A stretch of 64,000 bases of DNA from an uncultured Candidatus Saccharibacteria bacterium (GTDB lineage: Bacteria > Patescibacteriota > Minisyncoccia > Phycocordibacterales > UBA5272), in contig CAYJED010000003.1 of the NCBI GenBank assembly GCA_964369115.1, forward strand, positions 28,458 to 92,457. The letters run 5' to 3'. Below are positions 1 through 10,855 of this stretch, piece after piece. The position numbers and the translations under genes are program-made. The first letter of the stretch is position 1. Every line of letters begins with the position of its first letter. Below the pieces are notes generated by a model. That model was not told where the DNA came from, made no database searches, and saw only the letters and a program-made list of their open reading frames with translations.

Positions 1-295
1 CCTAGAGGATGATGTTTCCTAGAAATTGTTTCATATCCAAAGCACTGATACATTCCCAAAAAAACAAAAATGAACATTAACGAAACAATAAATTTACCAA
101 GGTGTTTTGCCACTTTTTCTCTCCTTTAAGGCGGTAAAATGATCTTAACACTTAAAAACTACATTAAATAATCCTTTATGTCAAAAAAATATTATTTAAT
201 CAAGCTAACAAAGGAACAATCTTAATCACTTTTCTATTCACTTCTTTTTCTTTTCTACCTTACCCAAAGTGATACACTGTAAGGCAAGATAATCT

Positions 296-586
296 ATGAG
301 TGAAACCCCTGAGGAACGTCTCGCAAAGTGGATGGCAATAGCCGAAAAACAAAAAGAACAAGAACATCTTGATGATCTTTACCTTCAAAATCAAACACTA
401 GATGCTCTTATTAAAGGTCTCACTGGGGATATTGAAATTTTTAAGAAAAATGAGGAGGGGGTATGGAAACCAGCAGACATCGTTCGCTTTACCATACAGC
501 TCAATATTATGAGAGATAAAAAGAAAAGAAATCTTGAAGCTGTTGAAGCTATTCTTAAAAAGCAGAAAGAGGGGATGGTTGCATAG
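296..586 (+). CDS. hypothetical protein (charged, coiled-coil-like)
   Basis: 96-aa ORF in intergenic context; no recognisable family. Confidence 0.4.
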   Translation: MSETPEERLAKWMAIAEKQKEQEHLDDLYLQNQTLDALIKGLTGDIEIFKKNEEGVWKPADIVRFTIQLNIMRDKKKRNLEAVEAILKKQKEGMVA

Positions 587-650
587 ACATTGACATACCG
601 AATAACAAGATGTAGTATCTAAAACATCTTCGTTCTTTAAGGGGTTTGCT

Positions 651-911
651 ATGGATGAGCTTACCCTTTTGGGGGTTCAAAAAATACAAGGAGCATGCGC
701 TTTTAGACTGAACCGAGCAGGAAGGAGTCTGGTGGGCAAGATTTCTCAGATTGAGGAGCTTCTCAAAAATAAAGACCTCCCTCCTCAGCTTCGATCTGAA
801 CTCGAGCTTGCACTTGAAATCATGGAAAAGACTAAGTCCACTCTTCATGTCGCTGCAGAAGATCTTTCTAAGCGAAGAGGTGCCATACCGCTTTTCCTCG
901 TCAGAACTTAA
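651..911 (+). CDS. hypothetical protein
   Basis: 86-aa ORF; overlapping opposite-strand ORF 555..923 judged less likely. Confidence 0.3.
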   Translation: MDELTLLGVQKIQGACAFRLNRAGRSLVGKISQIEELLKNKDLPPQLRSELELALEIMEKTKSTLHVAAEDLSKRRGAIPLFLVRT

Positions 912-973
912 GAGAACGAACAACTTTCGTTCTCTTTTCTTTTTATAATCATAAGGAGTATACTTTAGCTACT

Positions 974-1282
974 ATGGAATCAAGAGAAACATCACCTTAT
1001 CACGGAACAGAAAAAGATATTTATGAAAAATTTGAAGGAGTGCATTCATCTCTTTCAAAAGAACAGCTTGTAGAAAAACAAAACCTTCTCGAAGCTACAC
1101 TGCGTCGACTCTACGGAGATACAGAGGATACAGTTCTTGATCTTGGATCTGAAACATTTGAAGTCTCGGTTGAAAAAGAACATGAAATTGCTCAGACAGA
1201 AAGGTTTCTCGCTATAGTTAAACAGCTAATCAAAAAACAAGAAGAGGGGAATGAGCGCTACACAATAAAAAGAGCCGCTTAA
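974..1282 (+). CDS. hypothetical protein
   Basis: 102-aa ORF preceded by aaggag-like RBS (cataaggagtatac) and followed by hairpin terminator. Confidence 0.45.
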   Translation: MESRETSPYHGTEKDIYEKFEGVHSSLSKEQLVEKQNLLEATLRRLYGDTEDTVLDLGSETFEVSVEKEHEIAQTERFLAIVKQLIKKQEEGNERYTIKRAA

Positions 1283-1287
1283 ATAAA

Positions 1288-1322
1288 ACAAAAAAACACT
1301 TACATTGTAAGTGTTTTTTTGT
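1288..1322. terminator. bidirectional rho-independent terminator
   Basis: acacttacattgtaagtgt hairpin flanked by A-run and T-run between convergent genes. Confidence 0.6.
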
Positions 1323-1366
1323 TTGTGCGTGTAATGTTTTACACGAGAACAGTAAGGTATCGTTAA

Positions 1367-1639
1367 TTACTTAACTGCATCCTTAAGCGCCTTAGCAGCT
1401 GAAAACTTAGGAACTTTTGTCTTAGGAACTTTAACAGTTTCACCTGTCTTTGGGTTACGAGCCTCGCGAGCTTCGCGAGTCTTTACAGTGAACTTTCCGA
1501 GACCAGCAATTGCTACCTCATCACCCTTTGAAAGAGTTTTGATAATGGTAGAAAAAAGTGTATCTACTACTTCTTCTGCTTGTACCTTTGTTGAACCGAG
1601 TACCTGATGTACTGCTTCAACGAGACCTGCTTTGTTCAT
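1367..1639 (-). CDS. hup: DNA-binding protein HU
   Basis: MNKAGLVEAV...GDEVAIAGLGKFTV...RNPKTGE: canonical HU/IHF fold sequence, 90 aa. Confidence 0.9.
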   Translation of the reverse strand: MNKAGLVEAVHQVLGSTKVQAEEVVDTLFSTIIKTLSKGDEVAIAGLGKFTVKTREAREARNPKTGETVKVPKTKVPKFSAAKALKDAVK

Positions 1640-2127
1640 ATACGTGAGTGATTATGTTGCTATGTTTTCCTAGGATCACAGCAACAAAAAATAAATTTAT
1701 TAAATTACTCGCACGTGCCTGTTGCACGGACGGATAAAATAAGTATAGTACGCACAGGTTTTTTAGCAAGTCATATTACAATTATATTTTTATTTGTCAA
1801 AAAATATAATTATCGTATAGGATGTAGCAAGGCACCTTACAGGAGACATCATGTCGCATATTGGAAATCAAGAAAATGGCATAAAAGTATTTCGTATAAG
1901 CATGGAAGATCGAAGATACGCACAAGAATGCAGGGAACTAGTGACACACATTCTTGTGCTAAGAAAAGCGCGTAGGCTTCACGCTCTGCGAAAAGGAAAA
2001 AAGCTTACTCGACAATGGCTTTTGAAAAAAGCATCTATTTCAAACCATTTAGACGCGCTCTTTGCTAGACTCAAAGAACTTAATAAAATAAAAAGGTTTA
2101 AAAGATCTCTTTATTTAACAACAAACT

Positions 2128-2157
2128 AAAAGCACTCCCGTAGGGAGTGCTTTTCTT
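2128..2157. terminator. hairpin terminator downstream of rny
   Basis: gcactccc-gtag-ggagtgc followed by ttttctt. Confidence 0.55.
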
Positions 2158-2159
2158 AT

Positions 2160-3656
2160 CTATCGCGCAAACTCTATCGTACGCGACTCACGAATGACAT
2201 GTATTTTTATTTCTCCAGGAAAGCGAATCTCTTCCTCTACTCGAAGCGCAATAGCTCGAGCAAGGGTGCGCGCCTCTAGGTCATTAACTAAAGAAGGGGA
2301 AACAAACACTCGTATTTCTCGTCCTGCCTGAAGCGCATATACCCGTTCAATGCCCTTAAATGACATTGCAAGGGCCTCAAGATTTGAAAGTCGTTCAATA
2401 TAACGTTCTACCGTATCTCGCCGAGCTCCAGGGCGTCCACCGCTTACCGCATCTGCGACTTGAACGATGACACTCTCGAGGGTTTCATATGGGTACTCTT
2501 CATGATGTGCTTGCATGGCAAGAATAATACGTTCATCCACACCATACTTCATAAGAATTTTTCTTCCAATTTCTACGTGAGTACCTGGAATCTCATGATC
2601 CACAGCTTTTCCAATGTCATGAAGAAGTGCTCCACCTTTTGCTGTCTGCACATCTGCTCCAAGCTGAGTAGCAAGAAGCCCTGCGATGTGAGCCATTTCT
2701 ACAGAGTGATCAAGAACGTTTTGACCGTAACTTGTTCTAAAGTAGAGACGACCAATAATTGGGAAAAGTTCTTCTGGAATAGAGAGGAGCCCAAGCGCAA
2801 GCACTGCCTCTTCTCCTTTTTTTCGCATAAAGATACCGATATCTTTTTTTGCTTTATCGATACACTCTTCAATTTTTACTGGCTGAATTCGTCCATCTTT
2901 AATAAGGAGCTCTAGCGCATTTACTGCAATCGCACGCCTTACCGGATCAAAACAAGAAACAACAAGAGCGTTTGGCACCTCATCTACAAGAAGCTCAACT
3001 CCAGAAACCCTTTCAAAGGTTTTAATGTTTCTTCCTTCTTTTCCGATAATTTTTCCCTTAATATCTTCATCAGGAAGTTCAACTGTTGTGGTTGTAAAGG
3101 AAGAGACTTCTGTATTTGCAATTCGATAAATACAATTAACGAGAATGTCTTTTGCACGTTCTTGTAAACGTTTTTCTCCATCACGTGCAAGTTTAAGCAT
3201 ACGAGACATAAGATCCTCTTCATATTCCTTTTCTATCTTTTTGATGAGAAATGCTTTTGCTTCTTCTTTTGAAAGATTTGCAATACTTTGAAGTGCTGAA
3301 GTTACTTTGTAACCCTCTTCTTCAAGGTTCTTCTCTTTTTTCTCGAGAAAAAGTTCTTTTTGTTTAAGATCATCTTTAACAACAGAAAGATCTTTTTCTT
3401 TTTGATCAAGACGCTCTTCTTGTTTTTTAAGACGCTCTTCTTGACGGCGACCCTCTTCTTTATATTCCCCAATACGCTTAAGCGCTTCTTCTTCAAGAGC
3501 GTAAGCATCTCGTTTTGCTTGAATGAGGCGAGATTCTATTTCAGATTCCACTGAACCACGACGAGCTATTGCTACATAGTGACGAATAACGTATCCGAGG
3601 AGACCTCCTATAATAAAGATGACAACACCTTCAATGAGAAGTACTGTTGTTGACAT
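2160..3656 (-). CDS. rny: ribonuclease Y
   Basis: N-terminal TM helix, long coiled coil, KH domain (IIGKEGRNIK) and HD domain (HDIGK...H..G); 498 aa. Confidence 0.9.
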   Translation of the reverse strand: MSTTVLLIEGVVIFIIGGLLGYVIRHYVAIARRGSVESEIESRLIQAKRDAYALEEEALKRIGEYKEEGRRQEERLKKQEERLDQKEKDLSVVKDDLKQKELFLEKKEKNLEEEGYKVTSALQSIANLSKEEAKAFLIKKIEKEYEEDLMSRMLKLARDGEKRLQERAKDILVNCIYRIANTEVSSFTTTTVELPDEDIKGKIIGKEGRNIKTFERVSGVELLVDEVPNALVVSCFDPVRRAIAVNALELLIKDGRIQPVKIEECIDKAKKDIGIFMRKKGEEAVLALGLLSIPEELFPIIGRLYFRTSYGQNVLDHSVEMAHIAGLLATQLGADVQTAKGGALLHDIGKAVDHEIPGTHVEIGRKILMKYGVDERIILAMQAHHEEYPYETLESVIVQVADAVSGGRPGARRDTVERYIERLSNLEALAMSFKGIERVYALQAGREIRVFVSPSLVNDLEARTLARAIALRVEEEIRFPGEIKIHVIRESRTIEFAR

Positions 3657-3658
3657 GG

Positions 3659-4243
3659 TTATTTTGCTTTTGGTTTAAGGATGTGATCAACAATACCGTA
3701 CTTCTTTGCTTCGTCTGCGCTCATCCAGTAGTCACGATCGCTATCTTTTTCAATCTGCGCTTTTGTTTTACCTGTTGCATTTGAAAGCATTTCATAAAGA
3801 CGATCCTTGAGTCTAAGGATGTGCTTTGCAGTAATTTCGATATCAGAAGCTTGTCCCTCTACTCCAGTGAGTGGCTGATGAATCATCACTTCAGAATTTG
3901 GAAGCACGTAACGCTTTCCTTTGACTCCTTGAGAAAGGATCATCGCACCCATTGAAGCTGCCATACCAGTACACACCGTAGAAACATCAGGCTTAATGTG
4001 TTGCATGGTATCAATAATTGCCATTCCCGCCTGAATACTTCCTCCAGGAGAGTTGATATAGAGGGTGATATCTTTTTTTGGATCTTCTGCTTCAAGGAAA
4101 AGAAGCTGTGCCACCACAAGTGAAGCTGTGTGATGATTTACCTCATCATGAAGAAAAATAATACGTTCCTTAAGGAGGCGTGAGTAAATATCGTATGCAC
4201 GTTCACCAAATTGGCTTTTTTCAATAACTGTTGGAATAAGCAT
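3659..4243 (-). CDS. clpP: ATP-dependent Clp protease proteolytic subunit
   Basis: IIFL...INSPGGS...GMAASMGA...HQP motifs; 194 aa. Confidence 0.9.
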   Translation of the reverse strand: MLIPTVIEKSQFGERAYDIYSRLLKERIIFLHDEVNHHTASLVVAQLLFLEAEDPKKDITLYINSPGGSIQAGMAIIDTMQHIKPDVSTVCTGMAASMGAMILSQGVKGKRYVLPNSEVMIHQPLTGVEGQASDIEITAKHILRLKDRLYEMLSNATGKTKAQIEKDSDRDYWMSADEAKKYGIVDHILKPKAK

Positions 4244-4805
4244 AAAAAATAAATGAATTACTATATCGTTACATTAGGAACAATATAGGGTGTTAAGTAA
4301 AAGTAAATCAATCGTTTCAGTCAATCAGACAAAGGGTGTGTTTCAGCCATTCTTCCTGCCTGCACTATACCATAGAAAGATACTCTTTCTAAGAAAAGTA
4401 AGGCTTGGTTTGACACTACCACAACTACCATGGTAGTACAAAGATACGTACACGTATTATTTACATATAAAACTATATTCCGTATGATTCCTATGATTGA
4501 AGTGCTTCCAGGTGGATTTTTACTCTCTGTAGAAAATATCTCATATTCTATGAGCTGGGTAGGGGATCTATTTAAAGTAGAAGGCCCTCAAGTGTGTTAC
4601 TACCTTAAAGAAGTGGCAGTTGGACTTGCACAGATCGACTGCATAACGCTCAAGGAGACAATTATTGTCCTCAATTAGCTTTATAATAAATGGTTTATAT
4701 TAAAAAGTACTATTGACAAATAGTACTTTTTATGCTATACTTATATTAAGAGCACCTTGTATTTCACACTGTGCACATCTCTCACTTTTGGCTAAGGAGG
4801 CCATC

Positions 4806-5243
4806 ATGAACAAGCTGTTTTCTGTCCTCGGTTTCCTTGGTGATGCGCTCTGGAAGGGGTTTGTCGCTTTTTGCGAGTGGCTCTGGCCCATCATCGAGAA
4901 GCATCCTGCTGGAACCGGTGTCATGGTTTCCTTGATCTGGATTGCTGGCTGCGTCATGGGGGTGTTCTCAAACATCCTCATACCAATCCTTACCTTGATC
5001 GGATGCATCATCACGATCGCAGGAAAATGGGGCGATGTAGGGAACTTTTTCTACAAGCTCTTCTTTTTCGGGTGGGGGTATGGAATTTCCATGCTTACCT
5101 GGTCTATCACCCTTGGGTCGTACGCCCTTGGTGGCACAGCAGCAAACGGCTATGCAGAGGATTCCCACGCAGTAGCACTTGCTCTTTCGCTCATCCTCCT
5201 TTTCTTTGCTCTCCCTGTGATTGCAAAAGAAAAGACGAAATGA
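4806..5243 (+). CDS. small polytopic membrane protein, hypothetical
   Basis: aaggagg RBS immediately 5' of ATG at 4806; 3-4 hydrophobic helices; longer ORF from 4713 judged 5' over-extension. Confidence 0.5.
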   Translation: MNKLFSVLGFLGDALWKGFVAFCEWLWPIIEKHPAGTGVMVSLIWIAGCVMGVFSNILIPILTLIGCIITIAGKWGDVGNFFYKLFFFGWGYGISMLTWSITLGSYALGGTAANGYAEDSHAVALALSLILLFFALPVIAKEKTK

Positions 5244-5325
5244 CCCAAAAACAATCGGCGCATACCCTAAGGGTAGGCGCCGATTTCTTTTTGTTATTAT
5301 TTTTATATATAAAAGACAAGAAATA

Positions 5326-5386
5326 AAAAAACCCCTTGCATTCTAGGCACGACCTCTACTCGTGCGCAGAATGCAAGGGGTTTTGA
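5326..5386. terminator. long hairpin terminator
   Basis: ccccttgcattct...agaatgcaagggg followed by ttttg. Confidence 0.55.
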
Positions 5387-5830
5387 GAAAATGTTTACCT
5401 GCTACATAGATTATCTCAATCCAAAAGCTGATAGAAAAAGAACATTGACTGGTGATAAGGACAAGATTACCCTACCACGACAATAAGAGAAACAAACTTT
5501 TCATGCAAACCAATTGTCTGGTTTTATTTATTGTGCGGAGATCTAATTATGATCTTAATGTTCCGCGTTGTGTAAAGAACAATTTTGGTAGATGTTGTGC
5601 GCAAACTTAGTTGCCCGATTAACGCACGGGTGAGCGTTTTTGCTAACGTCATCTACCCTGTCCTTAATAATAGCAAACTGTCTTTTACACGCAAGTGGAT
5701 AACTGGGGATAAGTTTGTCTCTTAGCAAAAACTCTCGCTTGTTTTGTCTTTAAAGCAAAAACATGTCTACACCATTATTGTCTTTTCCTTTAATTTGCAA
5801 TGTCTTTTTATATTCTGTAGGCTAGAGCTC

Positions 5831-6550
5831 ATGCGATTACATCGCTTTTATGTATCACAACCCCTTGGTGAAGAAGTTGTTACAACAGATGTTTCTTTGT
5901 TGAACCAGTGGACAAAAGTATTTAGATATACATTAAACGATACTGTTATTCTTTTTAACGGTGACGGTAGTGACTATCATTACTCATTTTCAGATATTAC
6001 AAAGAAGTCTTGTTCACTTACTCCGTTACAAAAAGAGAAAGCTTATATTCCTAAGCGAAAGTCTTTCCTTTTCCTTTCTCTTATCAAGAAAGATAACTTT
6101 GAACTTGTGGTACAAAAAGCAGTTGAATGTGGGGTTACGGATATTGTACCAATCATTGCAGAAAGAACAGAAAAGAAGAACCTTGATTTTAGGAGGTTGC
6201 ACACAATTTCTATAGAAGCATCTGAGCAGTCAGGAAGAGGTGACATCCTCACCATTCACGAAACTGTATCTCTACAAGAAGCTTTTACCTTCCTTAAAGA
6301 AAAAGCTATTCCTGAAAAAGGTACTTATATAACAACACTTGAAGGAACGCCTATTGCTTCTCTTTTTGAGTCCACAAGAGAAAGTAGCTCTAGTCCTGTT
6401 GCGTTTTTTGTTGGGCCAGAAGGAGGGTGGTCTACTGAAGAGGAAGCGTTTTTTAAAGAAACACCGTACTGTAAAATTTCTTTTGGTGAAACCGTGCTTC
6501 GCGCTGAAACTGCTGGCATAACATGTGGATTGTTATCCATGTTACTGTAG
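5831..6550 (+). CDS. rsmE: 16S rRNA (uracil1498-N3)-methyltransferase RsmE-like
   Basis: Starts MRLHRFYV, typical of RsmE; C-terminal SPOUT-like region (FVGPEGGW...E...LR.ETA); upstream extension from 5744 unlikely. Confidence 0.7.
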   Translation: MRLHRFYVSQPLGEEVVTTDVSLLNQWTKVFRYTLNDTVILFNGDGSDYHYSFSDITKKSCSLTPLQKEKAYIPKRKSFLFLSLIKKDNFELVVQKAVECGVTDIVPIIAERTEKKNLDFRRLHTISIEASEQSGRGDILTIHETVSLQEAFTFLKEKAIPEKGTYITTLEGTPIASLFESTRESSSSPVAFFVGPEGGWSTEEEAFFKETPYCKISFGETVLRAETAGITCGLLSMLL

Positions 6551-6578
6551 TTACTAAAAGGGTACACTGTACGAATAC

Positions 6579-8102
6579 ATGTTTTTTCCTCAAAAACCAA
6601 CGAACGAAAGAGTGGAGCCGTTTCTTAACGAAGAAGATAGCGGATTCGCTGTTACACAGCCTATTATTTTTCTGGAAGAAGATATAAATGTATCAGATAA
6701 TATACTGCTTCAAAAAAGGTATGAAAATACTCCTTCATCAATATCCGCACATCCAATAGCAAAAAAACCAACGGTTTTGCGGGCAATAGTAAAAAAACCT
6801 TTTGAATATCAACAAAGTATAAGCAACATAATTTCTTCTGAAATACCGGAAAAAGAAAATAGACACCTTTATACTGAAAATAAATTTATCTTACGCAATA
6901 AACTTAAACACCTCGCATCTGGTGCTAGTAGACTTATCGGAAAGACAAAAAGGGTGATTGGAAAAGGGTTAAAGGAGTGGGAAAACTTTAGTGAAAGAGA
7001 ATTTGAAATTGCACAAAGTGGTGGTGAAAAAAGGGACGCCTTAATGAACAAACATTACACTATATCAGTAATTCCAGAAAATACACACTCCGAGAAGAGT
7101 CCTCAAAAAAATCGTACACCAGACACCTTTAATTTTCAAGAAAAGTTAGGTAGAGTTGATCAAAACACAGAAAAACTTTCTAAGGGTGTCATAGAAAAAC
7201 TACAACCTTTTGGTAAAAAACTACTTACCTATTTAGAGAAAAGTAAGGGGATATTTTCAAATCTAGAAAAAGGAGCTTACTATCTCGATAAAAATGTAGA
7301 TAAGAAAGTAAAGATATTTGCTTCTGCTTCACTTATTGCAGCTGGAACGTTCGCCAGCTTTGCTGCACCAGCTGTTCTTACCGCAATTGGAGCTGCGGGT
7401 ATTGGGATGCGCATTGTTTCTGCTGCAGGCACGTACAAACTACTTAACGGTGCATACAAAAAATGGGAAGAGAACCATCAAGATGCAAGCCCTCTTAAGA
7501 GAATGTCACTTAAAACAGGCACTATAGTTGGAGCTGCTTTTATGGGACAGATTGCAGGTGCTGCAGTATCAAACCTAGGAGAACTCTTTGAAAAACTTTC
7601 TCCTCTAGAGGTATACGAAAAAGGGTTGCAGACAGTAAAAGATATACTCCCACCTTCATATGAACCAATAGAAGGTAGAGGTGACAACACTCCTTTTGAT
7701 CAAAGAGGGTCACTTGAAACTACTATAATAAAAGATATTACCAAGATGGAACTTCCCCAAACCCTCCCGCAAGAAGCGCTACCACCTTCAGAAGTTATAG
7801 ATGTAGTCAAAGCTCCAGAAACACATGAAGCCATCAAAGAGCCGACCGCAGAGACAGTGCAAACACCTGAACTTTTATATGAAATGAAACGAGGGGACAG
7901 TCTCTGGTCAGCTCTTCGAAAAACACTTACAGGAGTAAACTTTCAAGAATTTTCAACCCTTTCTTCAGGTGCACAAGAGCAGGTAATACGCTCACTCATC
8001 TCAAAAATAGAAGAAGATCCAGCGGCATACGGTATTAAAAGTGGAAATATCCACCTCATTAGGTCAGGGGATGTACTTGATTTTACAAAAGTAATTAATT
8101 AA
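6579..8102 (+). CDS. hypothetical membrane protein with C-terminal LysM-like domain
   Basis: 507 aa; central hydrophobic/Gly-Ala helices; C-terminus GDSLWSAL...IRSGDVLDF resembles LysM. Confidence 0.5.
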   Translation: MFFPQKPTNERVEPFLNEEDSGFAVTQPIIFLEEDINVSDNILLQKRYENTPSSISAHPIAKKPTVLRAIVKKPFEYQQSISNIISSEIPEKENRHLYTENKFILRNKLKHLASGASRLIGKTKRVIGKGLKEWENFSEREFEIAQSGGEKRDALMNKHYTISVIPENTHSEKSPQKNRTPDTFNFQEKLGRVDQNTEKLSKGVIEKLQPFGKKLLTYLEKSKGIFSNLEKGAYYLDKNVDKKVKIFASASLIAAGTFASFAAPAVLTAIGAAGIGMRIVSAAGTYKLLNGAYKKWEENHQDASPLKRMSLKTGTIVGAAFMGQIAGAAVSNLGELFEKLSPLEVYEKGLQTVKDILPPSYEPIEGRGDNTPFDQRGSLETTIIKDITKMELPQTLPQEALPPSEVIDVVKAPETHEAIKEPTAETVQTPELLYEMKRGDSLWSALRKTLTGVNFQEFSTLSSGAQEQVIRSLISKIEEDPAAYGIKSGNIHLIRSGDVLDFTKVIN

Positions 8103-8106
8103 AGCT

Positions 8107-8397
8107 ATGAACCAAGATTACATTATTAAAGAAGTTGAAAAAAGAATCCTTATAGAAAACCTCCCCGAAGAAGCTCGCAACGAGGTTGTTATTCGTTTGG
8201 GTGAGGCAATTATTGAAAGAACCATTCTTACATTAGTTACTTCACTTACAGAAGATGAGGCCCGTACAGTGATAGAACTACAGGAAAACGGATCGCTCGA
8301 AGAGCTGTTTAGCTATATTTCTGAAAAACACCCGGAGGTGGAAGGAAAAGTGCTCACCATTACTGATGACGTGATCACAGAGTTTTTAACTGCTTAA
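8107..8397 (+). CDS. hypothetical protein
   Basis: 96-aa acidic ORF, translationally coupled to upstream gene. Confidence 0.4.
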   Translation: MNQDYIIKEVEKRILIENLPEEARNEVVIRLGEAIIERTILTLVTSLTEDEARTVIELQENGSLEELFSYISEKHPEVEGKVLTITDDVITEFLTA

Positions 8398-8483
8398 ATA
8401 ACTTATTCTCTAGCGATTCTTGAAAAAGGAATGGTACACTAAAAATATCCCAGAAGGGAACTTAACCTTTTATACTTAACTTT

Positions 8484-8879
8484 ATGAAGAAAATAAATTA
8501 CTCAATGGTTGCACGTTCACTTATCGCACTTTTGTTCGTAGTTGCAGGAATTCAAAAACTCATGAATTTCCAAGAAGCATCAGCTTCTGTCGCTGCAATC
8601 GGCGTACCTTTTGCAACACTTGCTACAATTATCGTTATTATTATTGAAGTGCCGCTTGCTATTATGTTTGCTATTGGTAAGCACGTAAATAAGACAGGGT
8701 GGGCGCTTATCGGTTTCACCGTCCTTGCAACAGTGATTGTTCATGGAAAAATTGATCAGGGAATGAACCTTATTATGGCACTTAAGAATATCTCAATTAT
8801 TGGAGGTATCATGCTTGCTATGAAAGATTGTGGTTGTGTAAAATGTGGTAAAGCGTGTGAAGAATGTAAAGTTAGCTAA
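8484..8879 (+). CDS. small membrane protein with Cys-rich C-terminus (DoxX-like?)
   Basis: 3-4 TM helices; C-terminal CGCVKCGKACEECK. Confidence 0.45.
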   Translation: MKKINYSMVARSLIALLFVVAGIQKLMNFQEASASVAAIGVPFATLATIIVIIIEVPLAIMFAIGKHVNKTGWALIGFTVLATVIVHGKIDQGMNLIMALKNISIIGGIMLAMKDCGCVKCGKACEECKVS

Positions 8880-8894
8880 ATTCATTACCTACAA

Positions 8895-8930
8895 TAAAAA
8901 CACCTTCTCTGTGGGAAGGTGTTTTTATTT
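8895..8930. terminator. hairpin terminator
   Basis: acaccttc-tctgtggg-gaaggtgt then T-run. Confidence 0.55.
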
Positions 8931-8944
8931 TATCTCTCCCTTAA

Positions 8945-8981
8945 AAAAATAAACCACCCCGTGTGGGGTGGTTTATTTTTA
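8945..8981. terminator. hairpin terminator downstream of tig
   Basis: aaaccacccc-gtgt-ggggtggttt flanked by A/T runs. Confidence 0.55.
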
Positions 8982-10100
8982 CTACTTAGCTTCTTCGAGG
9001 AATCTAAGAACTTTGTCGTTAGTGAGTGCTTGGTAGAGATATGCCTTTGCTCGTTCTTCATTTGCATCCTGAACAGTTGCAAGGAGGCGAACAAGTTCTA
9101 CTTCTACTTCTTCTTCAGTTGCGGTAAGTTTTTCAGCTTGAGCAATTTTGTGAAGGAGAAGCTGAGAGAGGGCTCGCTTATGGGCATCATCTTTCCACGT
9201 TGCCTTGATCTCTTCTTCTGTCTTCTGTGAGTGAGTAAGGTAGTCTTCCCATGTTCCACCGAAACGAGTGATGTCTGCTTTCATTTGGTTAAGCATATTT
9301 GAAAGCTCACCTTCAATGATCACTTCAGGAAGATCAGCTTTTGTCTCGGCGACGAGCTTTTCCATAATTGCAGTGCGACGCTTTTCACGAAGCTTCTGCT
9401 CTTTTTCAAGTTTAAGATTTTCACCAATCTTACTCTTAAGGTCAGCAACAGTTTTGAACTCTCCTCCAAAACTTTGCGCAAACTCATCGTTTACTTCTGG
9501 AAGAACAATATCTTTCTTTGTCTCTTCTTTTGCTTCGCCGTCTTTTGTTTCAACTTCTTCCTTTACTTCTTCATGATCATGATCACAGTCTTCACCGTGT
9601 ACATGGTCGTCATGATGATGTTCATGATCATGCTGAGTAGCGCGACCTTTACGAAGTTCTTCCACAACATCTTCGATGTCCTTGTCAGTCACTTCAATTT
9701 TTTCATCATCCTTTACAGCTTCTTTTGCAAGCTTCTTGTAATCTGGAAGTGTCACCTCTGGCATAATAGGGACGGTGATAATGAGCTCAAGAGGGTTACC
9801 TTTTGCAATCTTAGTGATAGTAATTTGTGGATCTGAAATTGGGTTAAGCTTGTGCTCATCAACAGCCTTAATGTATGCATCACGAAGTGCAAGGTTCGCC
9901 ATTTCTTCTAAGATGATCATGTCACCGTACTGCTTCACCACAAGATTCTCAGGTGCGCTTCCTTTTCTAAAACCATCAATTTCAACTGACTGCTGAACGC
10001 GAGCAAATGCCTTTGCGTGATAGCTCTCAAATGTTTCTGTAGGAACAACAACAGTAAGCTCTACTAATCCTTTTGGTAAATCTTTCTTTTCAATCTTCAT
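8982..10100 (-). CDS. tig: trigger factor (short form with His/Asp-rich insert)
   Basis: N-terminal ribosome-binding domain MKIEKKDLPKGLVELTV...GFRKG; 372 aa; contains HDHEHHHDDHVHGEDCDHDHEE segment. Confidence 0.85.
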   Translation of the reverse strand: MKIEKKDLPKGLVELTVVVPTETFESYHAKAFARVQQSVEIDGFRKGSAPENLVVKQYGDMIILEEMANLALRDAYIKAVDEHKLNPISDPQITITKIAKGNPLELIITVPIMPEVTLPDYKKLAKEAVKDDEKIEVTDKDIEDVVEELRKGRATQHDHEHHHDDHVHGEDCDHDHEEVKEEVETKDGEAKEETKKDIVLPEVNDEFAQSFGGEFKTVADLKSKIGENLKLEKEQKLREKRRTAIMEKLVAETKADLPEVIIEGELSNMLNQMKADITRFGGTWEDYLTHSQKTEEEIKATWKDDAHKRALSQLLLHKIAQAEKLTATEEEVEVELVRLLATVQDANEERAKAYLYQALTNDKVLRFLEEAK

Positions 10101-10111
10101 ATTATAGATAG

Positions 10112-10144
10112 TAATTAGTTGTTAGTAATTGGTAATTAGTTGTG
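10112..10144 (-). promoter_or_regulatory. tandem AACTAATTA-type motif block directly upstream of tig start codon
   Basis: Minus strand reads cacaactaattaccaattactaacaactaattactatctataatATG; related blocks at 10809-10848 (ppa), 12191-12228 (nusA), 17484-17496 (ABC permease), 14531-14590 and 15408-15465. Confidence 0.3.
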
Positions 10145-10275
10145 CACACAAATATAAGAAAATTGTTTTAGCTACGCGAAGCCTAAAGATTTTTTGAAGG
10201 AGATGTAGATAGACCTACAACGACTTCAAAAAATTTTGTAGCGACAAAGTAGAAAAAATGATTTTGTTATGTTTG

Positions 10276-10806
10276 TTACTTTTGAAACTTTTCTTTATAG
10301 AGTGCAACCGCTTCAAGAATTACTTCCTTCGCAGCTTTTGCATCACGAATAGTTGGGATAGTAACTGTCTTTTTCTGAATCTGCTTATAGGTTTCAAAGA
10401 AGTGTTTAATCTCTTCGATAGTATGAGGGTTCACATCACTAAGATCTTTAACATCTGCAAAGCGTGGATCCTTTACTGGAACAGCAATTACCTTTGCATC
10501 ACTTTCACCGTCGTCGATCATATCAAGCACCCCAACAGGACGAGCAGCAAGTAAGATTCCTGGGAGAAGTGGACTTGTAGTTAAGAGCACAACATCAAGC
10601 GGATCACCATCATGCCAGTGAGTCTGTGGCACAAATCCGTAATCAAATGGATAGTCCTGACTTGTATACATCGCACGATCAAGCATGATCATACCGGTCT
10701 CTTTATCAAGCTCGTACTTGTTCTTTGACCCCTTGTTAATTTCAACAATAACATTAAGCTCTTCTGGAACATTTTTTCCTGGAGTGATATCGTGAAGTAA
10801 ATTCAT
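10276..10806 (-). CDS. ppa: inorganic pyrophosphatase
   Basis: DGDPLDVVLL and DDGESD...KVIAVP signature; 176 aa. Confidence 0.9.
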   Translation of the reverse strand: MNLLHDITPGKNVPEELNVIVEINKGSKNKYELDKETGMIMLDRAMYTSQDYPFDYGFVPQTHWHDGDPLDVVLLTTSPLLPGILLAARPVGVLDMIDDGESDAKVIAVPVKDPRFADVKDLSDVNPHTIEEIKHFFETYKQIQKKTVTIPTIRDAKAAKEVILEAVALYKEKFQK

Positions 10807-10855
10807 AAGATAGTTAATAGTTAATGGTAGCTAGTTAATAGTAAATACAAATACG

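Noticed and set aside
2460-2915. 151-aa + strand ORF inside rny
   Set aside because: Antisense to a well-supported conserved gene. Low-complexity, Phe/Cys-rich.
5391-5830. 440-bp non-coding region upstream of rsmE with a TGGATAA-like element
   Set aside because: No convincing RNA or DnaA-box cluster could be identified by eye. Left as an unannotated intergenic region.
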